Origin: Rhizobacter sp.
GTDB taxonomy: Bacteria > Pseudomonadota > Gammaproteobacteria > Burkholderiales > Burkholderiaceae_C
Assembly: GCA_046598195.1 (NCBI GenBank)
Contig: JBKJJF010000175.1
Coordinates: 19,783-83,782 of the forward strand
Direction: 5' to 3'
Length of the DNA: 64,000 nt
Position 1 is the first letter of the stretch. Every line of letters starts with the position of its first letter. The notes beneath the pieces are model-generated. The model did not search any database. It was not told the DNA's origin and saw nothing but the letters and a program-made list of their open reading frames with translations. Position numbers and translations under genes: made by a program. This document shows, piece after piece, positions 23,334 to 33,546 of this stretch.

Positions 23334-23867
23334 TCACTGGGCGTCGAGCGTGCGCGGCTTGAAGCGTTTGTCGTCGTTGAACAAGAAGGCTTCGGCGAAC
23401 TTCCACGGCTTGGGCAGCTTGGACACATCACCAAACGGCCCGGCGCGGCGCACGGCATCAATCGCCATCTGCGTGGTCTCGGGTGCCTGGCTGGGGCGAC
23501 GCATGATGTCGATGTTCTTGATGCTGCCGTCGGCGTTCAACTCGACCTCCAGCACGGGAATGGCCAGCAGCATCTGCTGAGGCTTGCCCGTGTAGCTGCC
23601 GTTGGGGTTGGCCGCCACCATGCGTTTGGCGGCCTGCAGCTTGAATTCATTCCAGTTCTTCGACACCGTGGGCGGTGGAAGTTTCGCTGCTGAGCCGTGT
23701 GCGGGCGCAGGTGCGGTTGTCGGCGCGGGAGCGGGAGCCGCCCTCGGAGACGGAGCCGGCGCCGCCGCTGTCGGTTTGTTGCCGCAGCCCACCAGGCCTG
23801 CCAGCAGAAACAGGCTACCCGCAGCGATCCAGCGAGAAGCGCTCAGGCGGCGCGGCGAAGAGTTCAT
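23334..23867 (-). CDS. Lipoprotein with Pro/Ala linker and TonB/TolA-like C-terminal domain
   Basis: LAGLVGC lipobox, PA-rich linker, LEVELNADGSI...A.DAVRRAGPF. Confidence 0.7.
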   Translation of the reverse strand: MNSSPRRLSASRWIAAGSLFLLAGLVGCGNKPTAAAPAPSPRAAPAPAPTTAPAPAHGSAAKLPPPTVSKNWNEFKLQAAKRMVAANPNGSYTGKPQQMLLAIPVLEVELNADGSIKNIDIMRRPSQAPETTQMAIDAVRRAGPFGDVSKLPKPWKFAEAFLFNDDKRFKPRTLDAQ

Positions 23868-23868
23868 G

Positions 23869-25749
23869 TCAATGCAATGCACGATAGATTTCCTCTGCGA
23901 GTTCTTTGGAGATCCCATCCACGCTGGCGAGGTCTTCGACACTCGCGTGGCCCACGCCGCGAGCCCCTCCGAAGCGTTGCAAAAGTTTCGCACGTTTTTT
24001 CGGGCCGATGCCCGGGATCTCTTCGAGCACGCTGCCCCCGGTGCGCACACTGGCACGCTTGGCGCGCATTCCGGTGATGGCAAAACGGTGCGCTTCGTCG
24101 CGGATCTGAGCCACCAGCATCAGCGCGGCCGAATCGTGGCCTAGGTACACCTTGTCGCGCCCATCGGCGAACACCAGCTCTTCCAGCCCGACCTTGCGCC
24201 CTTCGCCTTTTTCAACGCCGACGATCAGGCCCAGGTCCAGCCCCAGCTCCTCAAACACCTCGCGCGCCATGCTGACCTGGCCCTTGCCGCCGTCCACCAG
24301 CACCAGGTCGGGCAGCCGCGCCGCGCCGCTCAGGGCCGCCGCAGCCAGCTTGCTGTAGCGGCGTGTGAGCACCTGGCGCATGGCCGCATAGTCATCGCCG
24401 CCGGTGATGCCATCGATGTTGTAGCGGCGGTATTGCGCGCTTTGCATCTTGTGGCCCTCGAACACCACGCACGAGGCCTGGGTCGACTCGCCAGCGGTGT
24501 GGCTGATGTCGAAACACTCGATGCGGAAGGTTTCGGGGTTCTCGGGCGCCAGGTCGAGGGCATCGACCAGTGCCCGCGTGCGCGCCTGCTGCGAGCCTTC
24601 CTCCGACAACAGCCGCGTGAGCTTGATGTCGGCGCCCTGGATGCACATGTCCAGCCAGGCGCGGCGGGCGTCGCGTGGCTGGTGCTGGGTGGTCACCTTG
24701 ATGCCGCTGTTCAATGAAAGTGCCTCAATCAAGGCCTTGTCCACCGCATGGCTCAGCACCAGCAGCGGCGGCACGGGGCTGTCGAGGTAGTGCTGCGAGA
24801 TGAAGGCTTCGAGCACCTGCACCTCGGTGGCATCGTCCACGTGAGTCGGGAAGTACGGCCGATCGCCCAGGTGCCGCCCGCCGCGCACCATGGCCAGGTT
24901 CACGCAGGCACGGCCGCCTTGCACCTTCACGGCCAAGATGTCGGCGTCTTTGGTCGAGACGCCGGTGTTGTCTTCCACCGACTGCTGGTGCAAGACCTTG
25001 GAGAGCGCCCCCAGCTGGTTGCGGATCTCGGCTGCCTGCTCGAACTCGAGCGCGTCGGCGTGGGCCATCATCTGCGACTGCAGCGTGTCCATCACCTCCT
25101 GTTGTTCGCCCAGCAAGAAGCGCTCGGCGTTGGTTACGTCGCGTGCGTAGTCTTCGGCGCTGATGTGCTGCACGCACGGCCCCGAACAGCGTTTGATCTG
25201 GTACAGCAGACAAGGCCGCGAGCGGTTGTTGAACACCGTGTCTTCACAGGTGCGCAAGCGAAACACCTTTTGCAGCATCTGCATCGACTCTTTCACCGCC
25301 CAGGCGCTGGGGTACGGCCCGAAGTAGCGGTGCTTGCGATCGACCGAGCCGCGGTAATAGGCCATGCGCGGGTAGGCATGCGCGGCGATCTTCAGATAGG
25401 GGTAGCTCTTGTCGTCGCGAAACAGAATGTTGTAGCGCGGGTTGAGCGTCTTGATGAGGTTGTTTTCTAGCAGCAGCGCCTCGGCTTCGGAGCGCACGAC
25501 CGTGGTTTCCATGCGCACGATCTTGGTCACCATGTGGCCGATGCGGGTGCCGCCGTGGGTCTTCTGGAAGTAGCTCGACACCCGCTTCTTCAGGTCGCGT
25601 GCCTTGCCCACGTAGAGCACGGCGTCTTGCGCGTCGAAGTAGCGGTACACGCCCGGCAGGCCCGGCAGTGCGGCCACGTCGGCCAGCAGCTGCTGACGCG
25701 CGGGGTCGTGTGGTTCTTCGCCGGGTGTGGCGGTGTCGGTTTCGCTCAT
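23869..25749 (-). CDS. uvrC: Excinuclease ABC subunit C
   Basis: PGVYR...[38 protein letters not shown], HhH. Confidence 0.97.
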   Translation of the reverse strand: MSETDTATPGEEPHDPARQQLLADVAALPGLPGVYRYFDAQDAVLYVGKARDLKKRVSSYFQKTHGGTRIGHMVTKIVRMETTVVRSEAEALLLENNLIKTLNPRYNILFRDDKSYPYLKIAAHAYPRMAYYRGSVDRKHRYFGPYPSAWAVKESMQMLQKVFRLRTCEDTVFNNRSRPCLLYQIKRCSGPCVQHISAEDYARDVTNAERFLLGEQQEVMDTLQSQMMAHADALEFEQAAEIRNQLGALSKVLHQQSVEDNTGVSTKDADILAVKVQGGRACVNLAMVRGGRHLGDRPYFPTHVDDATEVQVLEAFISQHYLDSPVPPLLVLSHAVDKALIEALSLNSGIKVTTQHQPRDARRAWLDMCIQGADIKLTRLLSEEGSQQARTRALVDALDLAPENPETFRIECFDISHTAGESTQASCVVFEGHKMQSAQYRRYNIDGITGGDDYAAMRQVLTRRYSKLAAAALSGAARLPDLVLVDGGKGQVSMAREVFEELGLDLGLIVGVEKGEGRKVGLEELVFADGRDKVYLGHDSAALMLVAQIRDEAHRFAITGMRAKRASVRTGGSVLEEIPGIGPKKRAKLLQRFGGARGVGHASVEDLASVDGISKELAEEIYRALH

Positions 25750-25783
25750 CGGACGCGAATTGTGCCGCCTCGATAATCCACGC

Positions 25784-26785
25784 ATGCAATGGGATGTGTT
25801 CTGCCGCGTGGTCGACAACTTCGGCGACATCGGCGTCTGCTGGCGCCTCGCCGCCGACCTGGCTTCGCGTGGCGAAGAGGTGCGGCTGTGGGTGGACGAC
25901 GCTTCGGCCCTGGCCTGGATGGCGCCCTCCGGCGCGCGCGGGGTTTCAGTGCACCCCTGGCTTGAAGCGAGCACCACGACACCGTGCGATGTGGTGATCG
26001 AAGCCTTCGGCTGCGAGCTGCCTGCGGCCTTTGTGCAGCGCATGGCGCAAGCACCAACCCCTCCCGTCTGGATCAACCTCGAATACCTGAGCGCCGAAGC
26101 CTATGTGGAGCGCAGCCACCGCCTGCCCTCGCCTCAACGCAACGGCATGAGCAAACACTTCTTCTACCCCGGCTTCACGCGGGCCACCGGTGGACTGCTA
26201 CGCGAACCCGGTCTGATGAGGGCGCAACGGCAGTTCGACCGCCAAGCCTGGCTCAGCCAGCAAGCCATTTCGCTCGGCGATGGCGAGCGCCTGGTCAGCC
26301 TCTTCAGCTACGACAACCCGGCCCAGGCCGCGTTGCCGGAGCTGCTGGCCGACACCCCGACCCTGCTGCTGCTCACGCCCGGCGTCGCCGAGCCCACCCA
26401 CCGGCCCGCCGGCCTGCGCACCCAGCGCATGCCCTACCTGCCGCAAGCCGAGTACGACCATTTGTTGTGGAGTTGCGACCTGAACCTGGTGCGCGGAGAA
26501 GACTCCTTCGTGCGCGCCCAGTGGGCCGGGCGGCCTTTCGTCTGGCAGATCTACCCGCAACACGATCTCGCCCATGCGGACAAACTAAATGCCTTCCTGG
26601 GCCGCTTCCCGCAGGTGCCCGGCCTGCGCGAGCTGTGGCTGGGCTGGAATGGCCTGGCCGATCTGCCACCCCGCCTGCCTCCACTACCGGCATGGCAAGC
26701 GCAGTGCCAAGCCTGGCGTGAAGAGTTGCTGGCGCAGCGCGACTTGAGCACCCAACTGCTGGGGTTTGCCACTGAATCACGCTAA
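25784..26785 (+). CDS. earP: EF-P arginine rhamnosyltransferase
   Basis: [45 protein letters not shown]; upstream of efp. Confidence 0.96.
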   Translation: MQWDVFCRVVDNFGDIGVCWRLAADLASRGEEVRLWVDDASALAWMAPSGARGVSVHPWLEASTTTPCDVVIEAFGCELPAAFVQRMAQAPTPPVWINLEYLSAEAYVERSHRLPSPQRNGMSKHFFYPGFTRATGGLLREPGLMRAQRQFDRQAWLSQQAISLGDGERLVSLFSYDNPAQAALPELLADTPTLLLLTPGVAEPTHRPAGLRTQRMPYLPQAEYDHLLWSCDLNLVRGEDSFVRAQWAGRPFVWQIYPQHDLAHADKLNAFLGRFPQVPGLRELWLGWNGLADLPPRLPPLPAWQAQCQAWREELLAQRDLSTQLLGFATESR

Positions 26786-26870
26786 AATCCGAGGCTTTGC
26801 GCGTTCTGGTGAATGAACATCCGACGCGCGCCCTCACGCATCACCCGATGCACCGCACACGGAAATCGAT

Positions 26871-27425
26871 ATGAAGACCGCTCAAGAAATTCGCGCCGGC
26901 AATGTGATCATGCACGGCAAAGACCCGATGGTTGTCCTGCGCACCGAATACAGCCGTGGTGGCCGCAACTCCGCCACCGTGCGCATGAAGCTCAAGAGCC
27001 TGGTCGGCAGTTCGGGCACCGAAGTTGTTTTCAAGGCCGACGACAAGATGGACCAGGTCATCCTCGACAAGAAGGAGTGCACCTACTCCTACTTCGCCGA
27101 CCCGATGTACGCCTTCATGGACGCCGACTACAACCAGTTCGAGGTCGAGGCCGAGAACATGGGCGACGCCATCCAGTACCTCGAAGACGCCATGCCCGTC
27201 GAAGTGGTGTTCTACGACGGCAAGGCCATCTCGGTCGAGCTGCCCACCAGCTTGGTGCGTGAAGTGACCTACACCGAGCCGGCCGTCAAGGGCGACACCT
27301 CGGGCAAGGTGCTCAAGCCGGCCAAGCTGGCCACGGGCTTCGAAGTCGCCGTGCCGCTGTTCGTTGAAACCGGTGACAAGATCGAAATCGACACCCGCAC
27401 GCACGAGTACCGCAAGCGCGTGTAA
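26871..27425 (+). CDS. efp: Elongation factor P (Arg32 type)
   Basis: YSRGGR32NSA loop, [19 protein letters not shown]. Confidence 0.97.
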   Translation: MKTAQEIRAGNVIMHGKDPMVVLRTEYSRGGRNSATVRMKLKSLVGSSGTEVVFKADDKMDQVILDKKECTYSYFADPMYAFMDADYNQFEVEAENMGDAIQYLEDAMPVEVVFYDGKAISVELPTSLVREVTYTEPAVKGDTSGKVLKPAKLATGFEVAVPLFVETGDKIEIDTRTHEYRKRV

Positions 27426-27443
27426 AGCCTGCGCGCGGCGATC

Positions 27444-27472
27444 AAGGGCACCCCGGGGTGCCCTTTTTGTTT
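27444..27472 (+). terminator. efp intrinsic terminator
   Basis: AAGGGCACC..GGTGCCCTT followed by a T-run. Confidence 0.85.
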
Positions 27473-27488
27473 TGCTAAGGTGACGGGC

Positions 27489-28418
27489 ATGCCCTTCGAT
27501 TTCACCAGCGTCTGCGCGCCCTTTCGCATGCAGCCCGGGCTGCGCCGGCTGGCCGCCGGTACCACGCAGCTCACGCCCAACCAACCCGGCGACCGCGCGC
27601 TGCGCGAAAAGCTGGCGGTGCTGGGCGCCTACGCCGCCCAGGCCTTGCTCAGCACACCGAGCTTTGATGCAGGCCCTGCCCTCCAGGCCTTGAGCGAACA
27701 GGCCACCGCCGAGCATCCCGGCGCGTGGTCGGCTGCATCGGCACACGCCCTCCTGCTGGGTTGGTCGCTGCTGGGTGACGAGCCTCAACAACACCACAAC
27801 CGTCAACCCGAGGTCGGCGCCTGCCTGCGCGCACTGCCACCCGAGTGGCGCTTGCCGGCCCTGCTGAGCCTGGCCTTTGTCGAAGACTTCGCCATCATCG
27901 ACGGCGCCACCGCCCACATTCCCTGGCTGGCGGTGTGCCTGCCTTCGGGCTGGGCGCCTGAAGAAAAAGTCGGCCGCCATTTCGCGCATGTGCATGCGCC
28001 GGTGGCCGACAACCAGCTGCTGCTCACCGCCAGCGACCACCTCGCACGCCTGGTCACGGGCAGCGATCGTTGGGAGCGCTTCGTCTGGACCATCACCCGC
28101 CACCCGCGTTTGCACGCTCACCCCGAGCATGTCGACCCCGCGCCGTGGCCGGCCGATGCCTCACCTGCGCAGCTGGCGCAACACGCCTTCTTTCGCACCG
28201 AACACCAGACCTTCATTCCTCTGCCCGAGTTGAAGCAAGCCGTGTTCACCATTCGTGTGGATCTGCAGCCGCTGGCGCAAGCGCTGCCCAGCCCAGCCCA
28301 CGCACAACAGGTGCACGACGCGCTCGCCAGCATGAGCCCCGCCGTGTTGGCCTACCGCGGCCTCACCGATGCACGCGACCGATTGCTCAGTTGGCTGAGT
28401 GCCCAAGCCGGCCAATGA
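27489..28418 (+). CDS. DUF3445 / heme-dependent oxidative N-demethylase alpha-subunit-like protein
   Basis: PFRMQPGL, EDFAI, VCLPSGWAPEEKVG..F..VHAPV, WERFVW, FRTEHQTF..LP....VFTI. Confidence 0.78.
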   Translation: MPFDFTSVCAPFRMQPGLRRLAAGTTQLTPNQPGDRALREKLAVLGAYAAQALLSTPSFDAGPALQALSEQATAEHPGAWSAASAHALLLGWSLLGDEPQQHHNRQPEVGACLRALPPEWRLPALLSLAFVEDFAIIDGATAHIPWLAVCLPSGWAPEEKVGRHFAHVHAPVADNQLLLTASDHLARLVTGSDRWERFVWTITRHPRLHAHPEHVDPAPWPADASPAQLAQHAFFRTEHQTFIPLPELKQAVFTIRVDLQPLAQALPSPAHAQQVHDALASMSPAVLAYRGLTDARDRLLSWLSAQAGQ

Positions 28419-30217
28419 ACCCCCAAGCCAGCGACGTGTTTTTGGCGGGCAACGAGTTGCCGCAACGCTGGCAGCAGCGCGAGCGTTTTGTGGTCCTCGA
28501 AACCGGCTTCGGCACCGGCCACAACTTTTTGGCCACCTGGCGTGCGTGGCGCGACGATCCGGCGCGTTGTGAGCGGTTGGTGTTCATCTCGGTGGAGCAA
28601 CACCCGCTCCAAGCCAACGACCTACGGCAAACCCACACGAACTCGCCAACGGCCAACTTGGCCGCCGAGCTGATCGCCGCCTGGCCACCGCTCACCCACA
28701 ACCTGCACAGCCTGCATTTCGAACAAGGCAAGGTGCAGTTGTTGCTGGCACTGGGCGAGGTTGACGCGTGGCTCCTCGAACTGGTGGCGCGTGTGGATGC
28801 GTTCTGCCTCGACGGCTCCGCATGGCAGCCGCGCATGTTCAAGGCCTTCGCGCGCCTGGCCGCGCCCGAAGCCACGCTCGTCACGGGAACGGCCAGCAGC
28901 GAGGTGCGCGATGGGTTGCGCAGCGCCGGCTTCAAGCTGCGTGATGCCCCGGGGCGCGTCACCCTCGCACACTACGCACCCAGCTTCACGCCGCGTCAAG
29001 CACCGTCGCGCATGGCGCCTGCCAGCAGCGAGCGCCGCGCCCTCATCGTCGGCGCTGGCTTGGCCGGTTGCGCGAGTGCATGGGCCTTGGCCGAACAAGG
29101 CTGGCGCAGCACGGTGTTCGATCGGCAAGCCAGCCCGGCACAAGAAACCTCCGGCAATCCGGCCGGTTTGTTTCACGGCATCGTCAATGCGCAAGACGGT
29201 ACCCACGCGCGTTTCAACCGGGCCGCGGCCTTGCACGCGCAGCGGGTGGTGGCCGATGCGGGCGGCACCGTGCAAGGCCTGCTGCGACTCGATGGCGCCG
29301 AGGCCTCGGCCATGACCGCAACGCTTGCAAAACTGCGGCTGCCTGCCGACTACGTGCAGGCCGTCACGGCGGCCCAGGCGAGCGCCTTGAGCGGCCTGGC
29401 CTTGCATCAATCGGCCTGGTTTTACCCGGGAGGCGGCTGGGTGGAACCGGCCCGCCTGGCCAAGGCCTGGATGGCGCAGGCCGCAGCGCACACGAGCTTT
29501 TGTGGCGGCGTGCAAGTGGCACGGCTTCGCCGAAGCGGCAAGACCTGGCAGCTGCTGGATGCCCACGAACACGTGATCGACGAGGCCGAGGTCGTGGTGC
29601 TGGCCAACGCGGGCGATGCGCTGCGCCTGCTCGACCACCCCGACTGGCCCATCGAGCCGGTGCGTGGGCAGATCAGCCTGTGCGACAAGGCGCTGCTTGC
29701 GACCTTGCCTAAGTTGCCAATCGCCGGCGCGGGCTACCTGCTGCCCGAGCTGAACGGCATGGCCTTGTTCGGTGCCTCGTCACAGCCCGCAGACATGGAC
29801 GCAACGGTGCGCGACGACGATCACCGCCACAACCTCGCGCAACTCGCCCGCCTGATCGGCGGCCCGGTCGACATCCCCCTCACAGCCCTGCAAGGCCGCA
29901 CCGGCTGGCGCTGGGTGGCGCAGGACAAGCTGCCGGTGATCGGCGCGGTGCCCGACCTGCACGGCCCTGTGAATCGGCCGTTCGATCAGCCGCGCCTGGT
30001 GCCGCGCTTGCCGGGCTTGTATGTGTTCACGGCGTTGGGCTCGCGCGGCATCACCTGGTCGGGCTTGGGCGCGCGGGTGTTGGCCTCACTCATCACCGGT
30101 GCGCCTTCGCCGCTGGAGGCCAGCCTGCTCGACGCGATCGACCCCGCACGCTTCGTCAGCCGCGCCGTCAGGCAGCAAGCCAGCCGCGAATCAGCGCGTA
30201 CACCCGGGGGTGATTGA
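28415..30217 (+). CDS. mnmC: MnmC-type tRNA mnm5s2U enzyme (FAD oxidase intact; methyltransferase domain degenerate)
   Basis: VFLAGNELPQRW, ETGFGTGHNF, IVGAGLAG, SGNPAG, PVRGQ, LGSRG; ATG overlaps upstream stop (ATGA). Confidence 0.88.
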   Translation: MNPQASDVFLAGNELPQRWQQRERFVVLETGFGTGHNFLATWRAWRDDPARCERLVFISVEQHPLQANDLRQTHTNSPTANLAAELIAAWPPLTHNLHSLHFEQGKVQLLLALGEVDAWLLELVARVDAFCLDGSAWQPRMFKAFARLAAPEATLVTGTASSEVRDGLRSAGFKLRDAPGRVTLAHYAPSFTPRQAPSRMAPASSERRALIVGAGLAGCASAWALAEQGWRSTVFDRQASPAQETSGNPAGLFHGIVNAQDGTHARFNRAAALHAQRVVADAGGTVQGLLRLDGAEASAMTATLAKLRLPADYVQAVTAAQASALSGLALHQSAWFYPGGGWVEPARLAKAWMAQAAAHTSFCGGVQVARLRRSGKTWQLLDAHEHVIDEAEVVVLANAGDALRLLDHPDWPIEPVRGQISLCDKALLATLPKLPIAGAGYLLPELNGMALFGASSQPADMDATVRDDDHRHNLAQLARLIGGPVDIPLTALQGRTGWRWVAQDKLPVIGAVPDLHGPVNRPFDQPRLVPRLPGLYVFTALGSRGITWSGLGARVLASLITGAPSPLEASLLDAIDPARFVSRAVRQQASRESARTPGGD

Positions 30218-31394
30218 GCAGGGCCATGTGGCCCAGGCCGGCGAGCTCAACCCGCTGCACATCACCCACCAGAGTCGCGTCTGACGCGCTGGTGGTTGTG
30301 ACCAAACCATCGCCCAGCACGCTGCCCACCATCGGGCCCATCATCGCGTCGGCCTCGTCGGCCAGGCTGCCCGCCACCAGGCGCAAGGCCAAGCCATCGG
30401 CGCGGCGCTTTTTGCCGCGCAGGCCGTGGCGCAAATCTTTGATGCCCTGGCTGCGCGCGTTGGCAATGGTGCCCAGCGGCTGCGTCACGCTCGACAAGCT
30501 CAGCGCCGAAGCCACAAAGTGCCCCAGCTTCTCAAGCGGTACACCCTGGTGCGGTGAGCCGAGGCACACCACGGTGCGCACCCGCTGGCGCCAGGCAGCA
30601 TCGGCTTCGCTCAACTGCTCACAGGCGCGGCGGGCCACCAGCCCACCCATGCTGTGGCCCACCAATACGATCTCGCGCACATGAGCCGGCGCGTGTTCGG
30701 CGAGCTGCGACAAATGGCCGGCCAGCTGCTGCGCGTTGTCGTCAATCGCCAGCCCGGTGTTGTAGCGAAGGTAGATCGAGCTGATACCCAGTTCGTCGGC
30801 CAACAAGGCGCCGTAGCTCGCACCGTCTCGGGCCCAAGGCGAACCACGCCAAGCTTCTGAAAACAACGACCAGCTTTGTTCGTCACAGGCCAGGCCGTGG
30901 ATGAACACACACACACGCTCGTTCAGACCCGCCAATGAATCGGGTTCAAGTGCCAGCGGCTGGCCTGCGACGTGCAAACCCATCTGCACCGCCAGCGGGC
31001 TGCCGGCCTGCGCCAGCGCGTCGCCGGCGGCGGCATTCAATGCGCTGCGAAATGCCAGCTCGCGCCCGGCAGGCACGCGGGTCGGGTCGACCCACAAACG
31101 CTCGGCATCGCCCACCAAGCCCAGCAAGGCGCCCGTGCCGTGTCGCACGGCGGCGTACACGCCCGTGGTGATGGCATCGTGCGCACCCTGCACCAGACGC
31201 GCAGGCAACGACAGACCCGGCACTTTCTGCAAGGCATCAAAGGTTTTGCCGGAGATCGCGTTGTGCATTTCCTGCACCCGCGAGGTGGTGGCCTGAATGC
31301 CGGCCTTGAAGGCCGGCGCGTAGGTCGCGGGTGGGGCCGCTAGGGCAGGCGGGGCAGCGGTGCTGCCGGGTTCTGGCTTGCGGCGCTTGACCAT
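30168..31394 (-). CDS. Alpha/beta hydrolase (PGAP1/lipase-like)
   Basis: FIHGL, LRYNTG, GHSMGG nucleophile elbow, LGSPHQG, GDGLV, GH..LL. Confidence 0.85.
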   Translation of the reverse strand: MVKRRKPEPGSTAAPPALAAPPATYAPAFKAGIQATTSRVQEMHNAISGKTFDALQKVPGLSLPARLVQGAHDAITTGVYAAVRHGTGALLGLVGDAERLWVDPTRVPAGRELAFRSALNAAAGDALAQAGSPLAVQMGLHVAGQPLALEPDSLAGLNERVCVFIHGLACDEQSWSLFSEAWRGSPWARDGASYGALLADELGISSIYLRYNTGLAIDDNAQQLAGHLSQLAEHAPAHVREIVLVGHSMGGLVARRACEQLSEADAAWRQRVRTVVCLGSPHQGVPLEKLGHFVASALSLSSVTQPLGTIANARSQGIKDLRHGLRGKKRRADGLALRLVAGSLADEADAMMGPMVGSVLGDGLVTTTSASDATLVGDVQRVELAGLGHMALLNHPRVYALIRGWLAA

Positions 31395-31420
31395 GGGTAT
31401 GCGCCGCGGGCTGTGGACGT

Positions 31421-31594
31421 TCAGGTCTCGCTCGGCGGGGTGACCGAAGCACCTTGCTCGGGTGGTTGCCCGTCTTCATGGCCCGTTTCGCCGCCAGCTT
31501 TGCGCCCGGCTTTGTCTTTCAGCTTTTCTTCTTTTTTCTTCTTCTTGGTCAGCTCACGCTGGCGCTTTTCGAACGAGTAATTGGGTTTGGCCAT
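31421..31594 (-). CDS. Small Lys-rich hypothetical protein
   Basis: MAKPNYSFEKRQRELTKKKKKEEK; GGAAGG RBS upstream. Confidence 0.7.
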   Translation of the reverse strand: MAKPNYSFEKRQRELTKKKKKEEKLKDKAGRKAGGETGHEDGQPPEQGASVTPPSET

Positions 31595-31688
31595 GGGCTT
31601 TCCTTCCAGTGGGTTGCACAAACGCGGCGCAACAGGCCCGAGGGTACGCGCTTTTCGGGCGGGCCTGAGAACCAGAGCTGCCAGCGGC

Positions 31689-32348
31689 TCAGAAAGTGAG
31701 CGTCTTCACACCCTGCGCCGTGCCCAGCAGGCACACGCTCGCCTTGTTGCGCGCAAAGATGCCCACGGTCACGACCCCAGGCCACTGGTTGATGTCGCGC
31801 TCCATCGCCGCGGGGTCGGTGATGGACAGGCCGCGCACATCGAGAATCTGGCAACCGTTGTCGGTCACCACACCCGCGCGCAACACGGCGTCGCCGCCCA
31901 GCGCCTTGAGACGCCGCGCCACCTGCGCCGCAGCCATGGGGATCACCTCGACCGGCAACGGAAACTTGCCCAGCGTCTGCACGAGCTTGGACTCGTCGGC
32001 AATGCAGATAAAACGCTCGGCCTTGTCGGCCACGATCTTCTCGCGCGTGAGTGCGGCGCCACCGCCCTTGATCATGTGGCCACCGTGGTCGATCTCGTCG
32101 GCACCGTCAATGTAGACCGGGATGCTGCTCACGCTGTTGCTGTCGAGCACCGCGATACCGTGCGCACGCAGGCGCTCGCTGCTCTTTTCACTGCTCGACA
32201 CGACGCCGGCAATCCGATCCTTGATGCCAGCCAGCGCATCAATGAAGCAGTTGACGGTGGAGCCGGTGCCGACCCCCACCACGCTGCCGGGCACCACGTA
32301 GGCCAATGCGGCCTGGCCGACCAGGGCCTTGAGTTCGTCTTGAGTCAT
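31689..32348 (-). CDS. rpiA: Ribose-5-phosphate isomerase A
   Basis: [31 protein letters not shown]. Confidence 0.97.
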   Translation of the reverse strand: MTQDELKALVGQAALAYVVPGSVVGVGTGSTVNCFIDALAGIKDRIAGVVSSSEKSSERLRAHGIAVLDSNSVSSIPVYIDGADEIDHGGHMIKGGGAALTREKIVADKAERFICIADESKLVQTLGKFPLPVEVIPMAAAQVARRLKALGGDAVLRAGVVTDNGCQILDVRGLSITDPAAMERDINQWPGVVTVGIFARNKASVCLLGTAQGVKTLTF

Positions 32349-32412
32349 GGGGTTCTGTGAGGCGTTTGAGACAATGTGCGGATTATCCAAGACACTCTCT
32401 TGCGTCAACTGA

Positions 32413-33459
32413 ATGCCACTCCTCCCTTACGCCCTCACCCGCCCCTTTTTGTTTGGCCTCGACCCCGAGCAAGCCCATGACCTGACCTTGGGCGCGCTGG
32501 CCCGCATCCAGCACACACCGTTGGTGTGCGCGGTGTCGCAGCCGCGCATCGACGACCCGCTCACGCTGGCGGGGCTGAAGTTCCCCAACCGCGTGGGGCT
32601 GGCCGCGGGGCTTGATAAAAACGGCCGCTGCATCGACGCCTTTGGCGCCATGGGTTTCGGCTTCGTCGAAGTGGGCACGGTCACCCCCAAGGCACAGCCG
32701 GGCAACCCCAAGCCGCGCATGTTTCGCCTGCCTGAAGTGCAAGGCCTGATCAACCGGTTGGGTTTCAACAACGAAGGGCTCGACGCCTTCATCAACAACG
32801 TCAAGCGCAGCCGCTTTCGCGAAAAAGGCGGCATCCTGGGCCTGAACATCGGCAAGAACGCAGACACGCCCATCGAACGCGCAGTCGACGACTACCTGAC
32901 CGGGCTTGATGGTGTGTACCCGCACGCTGATTACGTGACGGTCAACATCTCATCGCCGAACACCAAAAACTTGCGTGAGCTGCAAAACGATGAAGCGCTC
33001 GATGCGCTGCTCTCGGCCGTGCAGGCGCGCAAGCTGCAGCTCGCGCAACAGCATGGCCGCAGCGTGCCCATCTTCGTGAAGATCGCGCCCGACCTCGATG
33101 AAGCGCAGGTGCAGGTGATCGCCGCCACCATCCGCAAGAACGGCATCGACGGCGTGATCGCCACCAACACCACCATCGCGCGCGACGCGGTGAAGCACCT
33201 GCCGCATGGTGAAGAAGCCGGCGGCCTCTCGGGCGCGCCGCTGCGGGCCGCCAGCAACCGTGTCATCACGCAGCTGCGTGCGGCGCTCGGCAAAGGCTTT
33301 CCCATCATCGGCGTGGGCGGCGTGATGAGCGGCGCCGACGCGCAAGCCAAGATCGCAGCCGGTGCCAACGTGGTGCAGCTCTACACCGGCTTCATCTACC
33401 AAGGCCCAGGGCTGGTGACCGAAGCGGCGCGCTCGCTGCTCCGATCACGCAACGGCTGA
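32413..33459 (+). CDS. pyrD: Quinone-dependent dihydroorotate dehydrogenase
   Basis: [39 protein letters not shown]. Confidence 0.97.
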   Translation: MPLLPYALTRPFLFGLDPEQAHDLTLGALARIQHTPLVCAVSQPRIDDPLTLAGLKFPNRVGLAAGLDKNGRCIDAFGAMGFGFVEVGTVTPKAQPGNPKPRMFRLPEVQGLINRLGFNNEGLDAFINNVKRSRFREKGGILGLNIGKNADTPIERAVDDYLTGLDGVYPHADYVTVNISSPNTKNLRELQNDEALDALLSAVQARKLQLAQQHGRSVPIFVKIAPDLDEAQVQVIAATIRKNGIDGVIATNTTIARDAVKHLPHGEEAGGLSGAPLRAASNRVITQLRAALGKGFPIIGVGGVMSGADAQAKIAAGANVVQLYTGFIYQGPGLVTEAARSLLRSRNG

Positions 33460-33546
33460 TCCGGCAGGGCAGTCCATCCACCAGAACGCGTGCTTGGTTT
33501 ATCGTTGCGTCACACGGATATATCAGTAGTGACCACGGAGGCCGGC

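Noticed and set aside
28070-28414. 115-aa N-terminal extension of MnmC in the ORF track
   Set aside because: Overlaps the DUF3445 gene in another frame and has no MnmC motifs; ATG at 28415 is more plausible.
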